Shown here: one piece after another, positions 10,773 to 19,518 of the stretch
How positions within the stretch are numbered: position 1 is the first letter of the stretch
How the letters are laid out: every line of letters begins with the position of its first letter
From: Candidatus Latescibacterota bacterium
GTDB taxonomy: Bacteria; Latescibacterota; UBA2968; UBA8231
Length of the DNA stretch: 64,000 nucleotides
Direction of reading: 5' to 3'
Assembly: GCA_965261395.1 (NCBI GenBank)
Contig: OZ253462.1
Span: 576,001 to 640,000, forward strand
The notes under the pieces: model-generated
Told to the model about the DNA's origin: nothing
Databases searched by the model: none
What the model saw: only the letters and a program-made list of their open reading frames with translations
Translations under genes and position numbers: made by a program

Positions 10773-10948
10773 CGCATACTCCTCTCCATTGCGGGGGCGC
10801 GTCACCGTCTCCTGGCTCTGGAGAAAAGATAAATCAGGACGGCGACTGCGAACAAGTACAAAGCCTTCGCTTCGGTTCACTACTTGACTAACACCTCGAT
10901 ATTTTGAGGATTTAACCACGCCTAAAACCGAGGAAGTGAATCGGGTGT

Positions 10949-12088
10949 ATGAATAAAATCACCAGACGTGAGGTGCTGAAAGTTGCTGCTGGTGCGGTCT
11001 TTGTGGGATCTGGGATCTCCGCGAATTGTTCATCGGTAGTCGCACGAAGTGATGACGAAACCTCGAAGGATTCTATGCGTAAACTCATTAAACCACCGAA
11101 ACTTATTTCTGGCGACACAGTCGGTATCGTATCACCTGCGTCTGCATTTTTTCCGCTTAATGAGTCTGCTCTTCAGCGAGGCGTTGCATATTTAGAAAAG
11201 ACCGGATTGCACATTCAGATCGCACCCCATACACGTGATCAGCGGAAGCACTTGAATCCACCGGCACAACACCGTGCTGACGATTTAAATCAGATGTTCG
11301 CTGATCCAAATATTAAAGCCATTTTCTGTCTATCTGGCGGCGATGGAGCCAATGCGGTATTATCGCTGCTGGACTGGCATCAGGTTCAGGTGTCCCCGAA
11401 AATTGTGATGGGATATAGTGCGGTTACTGCTCTTTTGAACGGTCTATATGCAAAGGTGGGTTTAGTTACATTTCACGGTCCGATGATCCTCAACGGTTTC
11501 AGCGAATATCCGCAACCTTTTGCCTATACATGCCATCATGTTGAACGGATATTGTTCAACGCAGAGCCAGTGGGTAAACTTGAGCCACCGGCACAATGGA
11601 CGGATGCCTATCCAAGCGAAGATCAACCACGAACGATGAAAACAAATTCAGGTTGGCGTTGGTTGAGGGATGGAAACGCGAGCGGTCCATTGGTTGGCGG
11701 AAATTTAAGTGCGCTGTTGACTTTAGCAGGGACTCCATATTGGCCAGTGTCGCAAGACTCAATCTTGTGTCTTGAGGAGGTTAACTTTAGCGATAGTCAA
11801 CTACTACGCAACGTTGACAAGTCGCTCAACCAATGTCAACAAATAGGGGTGTTTGACCAGATTGCGGGCTTAGTTGTCGGTAAGATTAATGAACTCACTG
11901 AAGAAGAGAAAAAACTTTTTGAACTCTTAATCCTTGAATACACAACGGATCGGCAATTCCCGATCTTGTCAGGTGTTGATTTCGGTCATACCGCGCCTCG
12001 ATTAACGCTCCCTATCGGTATTCAAGCCTCTCTTGATTCAGGACGGGACTTATTTAGTTTAGATGAAGGTGCTGTTGTGTCCAGTTAA
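10949..12088 (+). CDS. LD-carboxypeptidase-like peptidase S66 with Tat signal
   Basis: TRREVLK twin-arginine motif; GYS nucleophile, TFHGP, GGNLS, LEE, FGHT. Confidence 0.85.
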   Translation: MNKITRREVLKVAAGAVFVGSGISANCSSVVARSDDETSKDSMRKLIKPPKLISGDTVGIVSPASAFFPLNESALQRGVAYLEKTGLHIQIAPHTRDQRKHLNPPAQHRADDLNQMFADPNIKAIFCLSGGDGANAVLSLLDWHQVQVSPKIVMGYSAVTALLNGLYAKVGLVTFHGPMILNGFSEYPQPFAYTCHHVERILFNAEPVGKLEPPAQWTDAYPSEDQPRTMKTNSGWRWLRDGNASGPLVGGNLSALLTLAGTPYWPVSQDSILCLEEVNFSDSQLLRNVDKSLNQCQQIGVFDQIAGLVVGKINELTEEEKKLFELLILEYTTDRQFPILSGVDFGHTAPRLTLPIGIQASLDSGRDLFSLDEGAVVSS

Positions 12089-12169
12089 TTTGATGCGTCG
12101 CGCTTCGCTCCACATCGAAATTCTACCACTGGAGCTGAACACTGCCAATGACACTGGAGGTCGGAAGCG

Positions 12170-12313
12170 ATGGCCCGTGCGATCATACAACCGGTGAGGG
12201 TCCACTCGATCTCTCAGCCCGATTACCTAGTCGAGATTGAAGCCGTAGCTTTCCTCCCATTCCTCGTAGAAGCCCAGTCGAGGTCGGAGTTCGCAAGTGC
12301 CCAGGCCGGTTAG
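12170..12313 (+). pseudogene. Internally deleted RidA/YjgF-family remnant
   Basis: GGAGG + MARAIIQP joined directly to VRVHSISQPDYLVEIEAVAFLP (RidA C-terminal motif). Confidence 0.55.
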
Positions 12314-12411
12314 AAGAAGTGGGAAAGAGCCCTTGAGACCCAGATCACGGCGAAGCTCAACGGTTTCTCTCCCCAATTGCGGAGGATGACACAAGCGAAG
12401 AGAAATGGCCG

Positions 12412-12957
12412 TTGCTCTTGTTCTTGCACGGAGCGGGCGAGCGTGGAGACGACCTTGAGCTAGTGAAGGGCCACGGTCCACCGAAAATGATAGCGCAGGG
12501 GAGGGACTTTCCTTTCGTGGTCATCTCGCCGCAGTGTCCAAAGGATGAGTGGTGGTCAATCGACGCGCTGCATGCTCTCCTAGACGAGATCGTTGAGACC
12601 TATCGCATCGATAAGGCCAGGATCTACGTGACCGGCTTGAGTATGGGGGGATATGGGACGTGGGGACTAGCATGTACCTATGCCGAGAAGTTCGCGGCAA
12701 TCGTTCCCATATGTGGTGGTGGGGATCCAGAAAAAGCGCCCCTAATGAAGGAGGTACCGACTTGGGTTTTCCACGGCGCGCAAGACGAGGCAGTGCCGTT
12801 GCAACAATCACAGGAGATGGTTGATGCTCTCAAGGCTGCAGGAGGCAATGTCCGCTTTACGGTGTACCCCGAAGGGGGCCACGTGGAGGCGTGGCAAAAT
12901 GCATACAGCGATCCTGACCTTTGGGAGTGGTTGGCAAAGCAGCGACGGGCCAAGTAA
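12412..12957 (+). CDS. Alpha/beta hydrolase (phospholipase/peptidase-like), 5' end degraded
   Basis: WPLLLFLHGAGERG, TGLSMGG nucleophile elbow, FHGAQD, GH; the upstream N-terminus is frameshifted. Confidence 0.75.
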   Translation: MLLFLHGAGERGDDLELVKGHGPPKMIAQGRDFPFVVISPQCPKDEWWSIDALHALLDEIVETYRIDKARIYVTGLSMGGYGTWGLACTYAEKFAAIVPICGGGDPEKAPLMKEVPTWVFHGAQDEAVPLQQSQEMVDALKAAGGNVRFTVYPEGGHVEAWQNAYSDPDLWEWLAKQRRAK

Positions 12958-12971
12958 CTTCGGCAGCCGAA

Positions 12972-14966
12972 TCAGGGCAATATGGCTTCTACTTTTACTT
13001 GGCCCTCGTCCCAAATCACCGTGCCCGCGCCCACTTCAGCTAGCTCGACTACATCGCCGGGCACCTCCAATCTTAACGAGGTCATCCCGATTCCGCTGTA
13101 GGCGGCAACATATCTTTTGCCCCCCGGGCAGGCGCAGAGCCATATCGGGCCCTTGTCGCAGGTGAGAGTGGCACCGCCGATGGAGACCTGTCCGGAAGCG
13201 CTCTGTCGGGCATAGGGCGACTCGTGCATGGGCCAGTTTAGGGAGCCGTCCTGGGTCCAACGCCGCTTTAGCGACCACTCATACAGATCAACTTCTATGC
13301 CGAGTACGCGGTCGTCGCGCGCGTACTCCACGCGGAGCGCGCGCGCGCCACCCGCGGTATAGGTGGCGGGCGGGGCCGCCTCGTCGACGAGCGCGCCGCT
13401 CGCTACCTCGGCGGCAAAATTGGCACCGCTGGCGTAGTCGGTGCGCTCGGCCAGTTCGGCGTAGAAACCGCAGCGGGGCTGGCCCTGGTAAAAGGAGCCG
13501 GGTTTGGCCATTTCCCAGAAAGTCTTGGCCGGTCCCGTATAGTTGTACATCTCCAGGGCCAGATGACCGTCCAGTTCGACCAAGCGGATGAGGGCACCGC
13601 CGCCCAGATCGGTCAGCTCGAGCGGCTGGACGGCCGTCCACAGGGCACCGCTGCCGACGACGACCACCTCGCCCTGGGGCACTGCCGCCGGCAGAAAATC
13701 TACTTTGTGCTGGCCGATCCAGATCTCATCGACCTGCTCGATCTCGGTCCACACGAGCACGGCTTTGGCGCTGGTACGCCGCGTCCAGGCGTCCAGGCCG
13801 CGCGGGGCGTAGAGGCCGATGGCGCGACCCCGCTCGTGCACGCCGTAGAAGTGGCCCTCTTCGGGAACGACCTGTCCGGGCGCGCGCGACGGCGTCGTCT
13901 GGAAGCTGAGCCACTGGTCGTCGAGTATATAACGCGAAAAGAGCACGCCGCAGCGCGCGCGATCCAAGAGCCGGTACTGCGCGTAAAATACGCTGGACTG
14001 CAGGGCGATAAAGATGACTTCCTGGGTCTTCAGTTCGCAGGAGGCCACGCCCAGACAGAAAGAGGGACTGTGATAGGTGCTCAGCGCCACGGGCTCTTCG
14101 CCGTGGGCCGTTTCGTCTATTTGCTGCGGCACGTTGGGGCGCTGCAGCAGGTCGCCGATCCAGGCGGGTAGCTGCCCGCCATCCAACCACGCGCGCACGT
14201 CATTGGCGTTAAAGGCGTCGGCGTTAAAGACGGCATGGCTATAGGCGCGGCTGAAGGGGCCGGCCCAGCAGCCGATGCCGGGGTGTACGTGTAACGCGGC
14301 GGAAAGGCCGAGGCGAGCGAGCATGGTGCGGGCGTGGATGCAGGTATGTTCGTCCTCTGTCAGTTCGGCCAGGCGGCTCAGCACGCGCACGGCGACAGAG
14401 GCGTAGTTGGGGCTATTGTACTCGGCAGGCAGGCCGTAGGTGTCCACGTGCGCCATCCAGCGCACCAGTTTTTCCCGGCCGCGCTGGCCGATGTTATCAT
14501 CGCCCAACAACTGGCCGCCGAGGCAGGAGTTGGCGATGTCCTTGAGGACGATGTTGGTATAGGCCAAGGCCACGTCGATGCGCGCGATTTCCTCCAGACC
14601 CAGCGCGACGGCGTGGCGCATAGCCGCGACCAAGTCCGGGGGCAGGGCATCTGATGTTTTGCACAGCACGGGAATGCAATAAAAGAGCACGAACTGCACG
14701 GCATTGAGATCTTCGACGACTTCGTCTTCCCGCTCCCAGCGAAAATTGCCGCGGTGCGGTTGGGTGTCCCGCACTTCCTGGCAGGCGAGCACGGCGCGAA
14801 AGATGAGGGCGGCTTCGGCGATGTCGGCGGGTGCGCCGCTGGCCATCAGCTCAGAGGCCAGTTGAGCCGAGGGTATGGTGGCGTGAAAGATGTGCCCGCG
14901 CACCTGATGGGTGACCATGTGTGCCTCGGCGTCGTAATTTTTGGGCAGGGCCGGCGGTGATGGCAA
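12972..14966 (-). CDS. Hypothetical protein (helical N-half with EYNSPNY, beta-rich C-half; polysaccharide-lyase-like architecture inferred)
   Basis: Long ORF with GAGGA RBS before TTG 14966. Confidence 0.75.
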   Translation of the reverse strand: MPSPPALPKNYDAEAHMVTHQVRGHIFHATIPSAQLASELMASGAPADIAEAALIFRAVLACQEVRDTQPHRGNFRWEREDEVVEDLNAVQFVLFYCIPVLCKTSDALPPDLVAAMRHAVALGLEEIARIDVALAYTNIVLKDIANSCLGGQLLGDDNIGQRGREKLVRWMAHVDTYGLPAEYNSPNYASVAVRVLSRLAELTEDEHTCIHARTMLARLGLSAALHVHPGIGCWAGPFSRAYSHAVFNADAFNANDVRAWLDGGQLPAWIGDLLQRPNVPQQIDETAHGEEPVALSTYHSPSFCLGVASCELKTQEVIFIALQSSVFYAQYRLLDRARCGVLFSRYILDDQWLSFQTTPSRAPGQVVPEEGHFYGVHERGRAIGLYAPRGLDAWTRRTSAKAVLVWTEIEQVDEIWIGQHKVDFLPAAVPQGEVVVVGSGALWTAVQPLELTDLGGGALIRLVELDGHLALEMYNYTGPAKTFWEMAKPGSFYQGQPRCGFYAELAERTDYASGANFAAEVASGALVDEAAPPATYTAGGARALRVEYARDDRVLGIEVDLYEWSLKRRWTQDGSLNWPMHESPYARQSASGQVSIGGATLTCDKGPIWLCACPGGKRYVAAYSGIGMTSLRLEVPGDVVELAEVGAGTVIWDEGQVKVEAILP

Positions 14967-15023
14967 GGTGGATTCCTCGGTTAAGTTGTGAGAAAAGTAG
15001 AATTTCAATAGGAGGAAGATAAA

Positions 15024-16409
15024 GTGAGTGTCAAAAAAAGTGATTTGCTGATCGGGGGCCAAATGTGTCCCCCAACATCTGGACGCTACTATCCCCTGTA
15101 TAGCCCCGTGGACGGCACATTAGTCGCCGAAGTCGCCGATGCCAGTCGGGCCGACGTGGATCGGGCCGCTGCTGCTGCGCGCGAAGCATTTTATGCAGAG
15201 TGGAAGTTCTGCGGCATTGAGTACAAGCGCGCTTTATTCGCCAAACTGAAAGAGGTGCTCTATGCCATGGCCGATGAACTGGCGGCAACCAAGGTCCAGC
15301 CCCAGGGAGCGGGCATCCCGCCGCTGGTAGAGCGCGTCATCGACTACTACGTGGGTAAACTAGACGACGGGGCGGGCGCGCTTATTGAGCACGGCGACCA
15401 AGGTACTAATTATGTATATAGGGAACCGCTGGGCGTCGTTGCGATCTTTGCCCCCTTCAACGGGCCGATGCTGGCCTCTCTTTTGTCGGCCGTGCCGGCA
15501 CTAATAGCCGGCAATACGGTCGTGCTTAAAGCGCCCGATCAGGAAGCACCCCAGGCGCTCAAGACTATGCAGGCATTTCACGAAGCCGGTTTCCCCGCCG
15601 GAGTGGTCAACGCGCTCAGCGGCAAGGGACCTGAGGTGGGGCAGGCTCTCGTCGCGCACCCAGCTACACGTCTGATCAGTTTTACCGGCAGCACGGCGAC
15701 GGGTAAAAAGATCATGGCCGCTGCCGCCGAAGATCTCAAGCGAGTGCAGCTAAATCTGGGCAACAAAACGGCGCAGATCGTCTTGCCCGACGCCGACCTC
15801 GAGGCGGCGGCGACCGCGACCGTGGGATCGGCCTTCCCCGGGCAGGCGTGCTCGGCAATAAGTCGGGTTTTGCTGCACGAATCGCTGCGCGACGAATTTA
15901 TCGCTCTACTAAAAGAAAAAACGCAGACCGCAGGGCCCAGCATGTTGATCGACCGGGCGGCGGTAGAGCGCGTGGAGCGCTACGTCGAGATGGGAAAAGC
16001 ACAGGGGTCGCTGCTGTTTGGTGGCGCACATCCGCCGGGAGACGAGTACGCGAAGGGTTGCTATTTTGAGCCCACGGCCTTTGCCTTTGCAGATCAGTCC
16101 GGTCCGGTCTGCCGCGACGAAATTTTCGGGCCGGTTGTATCCGTGCTGACGTTTGCTAGCGACGACGAGGCGCTGGCGTTGGCCAACGATACGGACTACG
16201 GACTGCTCGTTTCGCTCTGGACGCTAGATCCTGAGCGACAACGCTATTTTGTGCGGCGATTGGAAGTGGGGGTTGTGACCGTTAATAGTGCCAGTATGCT
16301 GAGCCATCGCACACCCTGGGGTGGTTTTAAGCAGAGTGGCATTGGCCGGCGCTACGGCGAGATGGGTCTGGAGCCTTTTTTTGAATACAAAACGGTGTGG
16401 ATCTCTTGA
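15024..16409 (+). CDS. Aldehyde dehydrogenase family protein
   Basis: PFNGP, FTGSTATG, GQAC (catalytic Cys), EIFGPV, PWGGFKQSG. Confidence 0.9.
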   Translation: MSVKKSDLLIGGQMCPPTSGRYYPLYSPVDGTLVAEVADASRADVDRAAAAAREAFYAEWKFCGIEYKRALFAKLKEVLYAMADELAATKVQPQGAGIPPLVERVIDYYVGKLDDGAGALIEHGDQGTNYVYREPLGVVAIFAPFNGPMLASLLSAVPALIAGNTVVLKAPDQEAPQALKTMQAFHEAGFPAGVVNALSGKGPEVGQALVAHPATRLISFTGSTATGKKIMAAAAEDLKRVQLNLGNKTAQIVLPDADLEAAATATVGSAFPGQACSAISRVLLHESLRDEFIALLKEKTQTAGPSMLIDRAAVERVERYVEMGKAQGSLLFGGAHPPGDEYAKGCYFEPTAFAFADQSGPVCRDEIFGPVVSVLTFASDDEALALANDTDYGLLVSLWTLDPERQRYFVRRLEVGVVTVNSASMLSHRTPWGGFKQSGIGRRYGEMGLEPFFEYKTVWIS

Positions 16410-16475
16410 AAGAGGCGAGTAGTGCAGAAGTTGCTGTGCTGTCAGGATCCTCTTGGGTCCCAAAACCCCACGTCC

Positions 16476-16560
16476 GCATAACGCGACCGTGCGTGGCTCG
16501 GTGCATTCGCACCTTCACGCAACTGCCTGCGGCAGTTCGCGCACAGCGGGAACGTTAGGC
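16476..16560 (+). other. Putative integron attC site (85 bp)
   Basis: GCATAAC ... GTTAGGC inverted core sites, imperfect palindrome with inner hairpins; 20 bp upstream of the ATG at 16581. Confidence 0.7.
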
Positions 16561-16580
16561 GCAACGCGGTCAATTGAATC

Positions 16581-17063
16581 ATGTCAGTTACGTTGGTTGA
16601 GCACTATGATCCGACTTGGCCGTCATGGTTCGAAGAGTTGCGGCACCGTTTTGACTCAGTTTTGTCAGGAAGGTATTGCAGCATCGAGCATGTCGGTAGC
16701 ACATCTATCGCCGGAATGACCGCCAAGCCAATCATTGACGTTGACATTGTCATTGAGCGACAGGATTTTGAGCGCACGAAGGATCAGCTTGCAGAGATCG
16801 GATATTTCCACGAAGGTGATCTAGGTATTCCTGGCAGAGATGCCTTTGATCTGTCAGATAGTGAACTGAAGGAATCTTTGCCCGCCCACCATACGTACGT
16901 TTGTGACAAGTATGGTGAAGCCTTGAAGCGGCACCTTGTCTTCAGGGATTTCCTCAGACTAAGTCCCGAATATGCTCGTAGGCTCAGTAACCTGAAATGG
17001 CAACTGACAAATAAAAGACGATCCAATGACCTGTTTTCTTTTGCCGCTATGAAGAAGGTTTAG
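16581..17063 (+). CDS. GrpB family nucleotidyltransferase-fold protein (C-terminus probably truncated)
   Basis: YDPTWP, IEHVGSTSIAGMTAKPIIDVD, HLVFRDFLR. Confidence 0.85.
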   Translation: MSVTLVEHYDPTWPSWFEELRHRFDSVLSGRYCSIEHVGSTSIAGMTAKPIIDVDIVIERQDFERTKDQLAEIGYFHEGDLGIPGRDAFDLSDSELKESLPAHHTYVCDKYGEALKRHLVFRDFLRLSPEYARRLSNLKWQLTNKRRSNDLFSFAAMKKV

Positions 17064-17131
17064 CCGTGGAGATCGTTCTGCGACAGGCCCTAATGGAAAG
17101 CTGATGGTCCTATGCATACTGAAGAGTTAGC

Positions 17132-17638
17132 ATGGCAAGGCAACCCCTACAAGTGATTGTGATACCGTTCAGGAAGAGTGCGAATGTCGGATACCAGTTT
17201 GCCGTCTTCCATCGGGCGGATGACTCTAGGTGGCAGTTTATTGCAGGTGGTGCCGAAGACGATGAGACGGCAGAGCAAACCGCACGGCGTGAGGCGGAAG
17301 AGGAGGCCGGCATTCCAAAGAGGGCACGTTTCTTGCGGCTGGATTCTCGTGCCTCCGTCCCCAAGACGGCATTCTCACCAACAGCACACTGGTCCAAGGA
17401 CATCTTTGTCGTGCCTGAATACTCATTTGCTGTTGATGCAAGTGGTCAAGAACTTGATTTGTCCCATGAACATGACAAGGTGAGCTGGTTGTCTTTTAAG
17501 GAAGCTACGAGACTGCTCACATGGGAAAGCAACCGAATCGCACTCTGGGAACTTAACGAACGTCTGAATACCGACCAGATTGACGAGCTTCGGGCTATGG
17601 ACGACGGGTCACGTCCACCCGGCCACGGCAACGTGTAA
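17132..17638 (+). CDS. NUDIX hydrolase
   Basis: GGAEDDETAEQTARREAEEEAG Nudix box, SHEH; the stop codon lies in GTGTAAC. Confidence 0.9.
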   Translation: MARQPLQVIVIPFRKSANVGYQFAVFHRADDSRWQFIAGGAEDDETAEQTARREAEEEAGIPKRARFLRLDSRASVPKTAFSPTAHWSKDIFVVPEYSFAVDASGQELDLSHEHDKVSWLSFKEATRLLTWESNRIALWELNERLNTDQIDELRAMDDGSRPPGHGNV

Positions 17639-17689
17639 CGCGCCCGTGCGCGGCTCAGGTCATTCGGCCTTCGCCCAACTGCCTGCGGC
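17633..17689 (+). other. Left half of an attC-like site, homologous to 16476-16533
   Basis: TAACGCGCCCGTGCGCGGCTC...CAACTGCCTGCGGC aligns with the first site, then stops abruptly. Confidence 0.7.
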
Positions 17690-17875
17690 CAAGCATCGGG
17701 GTCAGGGCTTCGGCCGTGGGCTCCTTGAGGCACGCCTCAAATGGGGATTTGAGCAGGGGGCGCGTCTGGCATACCTGCAAGTGATGGCGAACAACGAGCC
17801 GGCTCTGGCTCTGCAACGCAAGTATGGTTTTAGCGAGTCGTACCGGTATTGGTATCGAGTGCAGCCCTTCTCTGA
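17690..17875 (+). pseudogene. C-terminal fragment of a GNAT acetyltransferase
   Basis: HRGQGFGRGLL motif A and YLQVMANNEPALALQRKYGF; no N-terminus. Confidence 0.75.
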
Positions 17876-17893
17876 TCTGGAGGACGGAAACTG

Positions 17894-18619
17894 TTGCGGT
17901 TTATGGTGGCGGTCGATGACCTTAAACTTGCCGGTGTCTGTCGTCAGCATGGATATGGGATCGAGATCCAGCCCTTTCTCGAACCGGGGATAGTGCCAGA
18001 ATTGCAAGGAGTTCTGGGCGATCTTCAGCCACGCTCACTGCACGGTCCTTTCGGCGATCTGTGTGCGGGAAGCTACGATCCCATGATCCGGGAAGTGACC
18101 AGACATCGGTTCGAACTGGCGTACCGCTTTGCCCATGAACTAGAGTGTCCCGACATCATCCTGCACCACGGATACATCCCAGGCACCAGCACACCACAGA
18201 ATTGGTTGTCTCGATGTGTTTCCTTCTGGCACGACTTCCTTGACGGCAAGGAAGCATCTGTCCGCTATCATGTTGAGAACATGCTCGAATGGGATGCCGT
18301 CCTGCTCGCTGAAGTGATCGACGCGATCAATGATCCGCGAGTCGACGTCTGTCTCGATATTGGGCACTGCCACTGCAATTCTCGCGATACTCCGATAGCG
18401 TGGATCGAGCAACTTGGCCCGAGAATCGGGTGGGTACACATGCACAACAATCACGGGGAGTCCGACGAGCACCTCGCTCTTGGTCAAGGAACTATCCCTA
18501 TTGGCGAGGTCTGCAGTGCACTTCTGGAGTATGCGCCAGCGGCTGTGTGGTGCCTGGAAGCTCTCGACGAGGGAATCCCGACCTCAATCGAATGGATACA
18601 AGCCAACGGGTTTGGGTAA
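17894..18619 (+). CDS. Sugar phosphate isomerase/epimerase (AP-endonuclease-2 TIM barrel)
   Basis: LHGPF, VEN, LDIGH, VHMHNN..DEH; GGAGG RBS before TTG. Confidence 0.85.
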   Translation: MRFMVAVDDLKLAGVCRQHGYGIEIQPFLEPGIVPELQGVLGDLQPRSLHGPFGDLCAGSYDPMIREVTRHRFELAYRFAHELECPDIILHHGYIPGTSTPQNWLSRCVSFWHDFLDGKEASVRYHVENMLEWDAVLLAEVIDAINDPRVDVCLDIGHCHCNSRDTPIAWIEQLGPRIGWVHMHNNHGESDEHLALGQGTIPIGEVCSALLEYAPAAVWCLEALDEGIPTSIEWIQANGFG

Positions 18620-18724
18620 ATCGTGGTCTCATATCCGGTAACTACAACCCAACCGTGGGGACGCCGGTCCGTTTGGTTTCGCGATCCGGATGGGAACATC
18701 GTCAATTTTTATGCCAGCGTATAA
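18620..18724 (+). pseudogene. C-terminal fragment of a VOC/glyoxalase protein
   Basis: TTQPWGRRSVWFRDPDGNIVNFYASV*; the stop lies in GTATAAC. Confidence 0.7.
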
Positions 18725-18789
18725 CGGCGTATACGCGGCTTCGCGTTACAGGACATCGGCTGAACACACCTTCGCCCTGAGAACACTCG

Positions 18790-18858
18790 ATGGCAAGTGG
18801 AGTCGAAATTCGGCAATACCGGGACTCAGATCGAGAAAATGAGGAGAGCCTAGCGTGA
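18790..18858 (+). pseudogene. N-terminal stub, GNAT-like
   Basis: MASGVEIRQYRDSDRENEESLA*; ends on the RBS and start codon of the next gene. Confidence 0.45.
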
Positions 18859-19518
18859 CGGCACCAAACACCACTTCGGTAGCACGCGTATCCGTCCACG
18901 GTGGACACAGCAAAGAATTCGGCGATGCAAATGAGTCCTCGCTTGAGGAGGTCGTGCACGCCTACGTTGACAAGGGCTTCAAGTGGGTAGGCATTACCGA
19001 GCATATCCCACCAGCTTCAGCCGACTTCCTGTTTCCCTGGGAGATTGAAGAGGGCCAGACGTTGGAGTCGAGGATGGAACGGTTCACAGAATACTTCTCG
19101 GTCGCGCGCAGGCTCCAGAGGGACTACCGAGATTCCATTCGGATCTTAGTTGGATTCGAAACAGAGAGTTACACTGGCTACGTAGCGCACGTAAACACGC
19201 TGCGGCATCGATTTCAACCTGACTACATCGTTGGCTCGGTCCATCACGTGCGGGACATATGTATCGATGGTCCGTCAGAGTGGTATGCCCAAGCCGTAGA
19301 AGAGACCGGAGGAATCGGTGCGCTATTCTGTGAATACTTCGACCAACAATACGAGCTTGTAGAGGAACTAGAACCCGAAGTGGTCGGACACTTTGACCTC
19401 ATTCGAATGCACGACATGAACTATCGTCAGCGCTTAGAGATCCCCCAAATCAAGGAGAGAATCCGGAGGAACCTCGAGAAGATCAAGGACCTTGGGTCAA
19501 TTCTCGATTTCAATCTTA

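Noticed and set aside
10840-10930. Possible further attC remnant (GCGAAC...CTTCGCTTCGG)
   Set aside because: No paired core sites and no similarity to the 16476 family.
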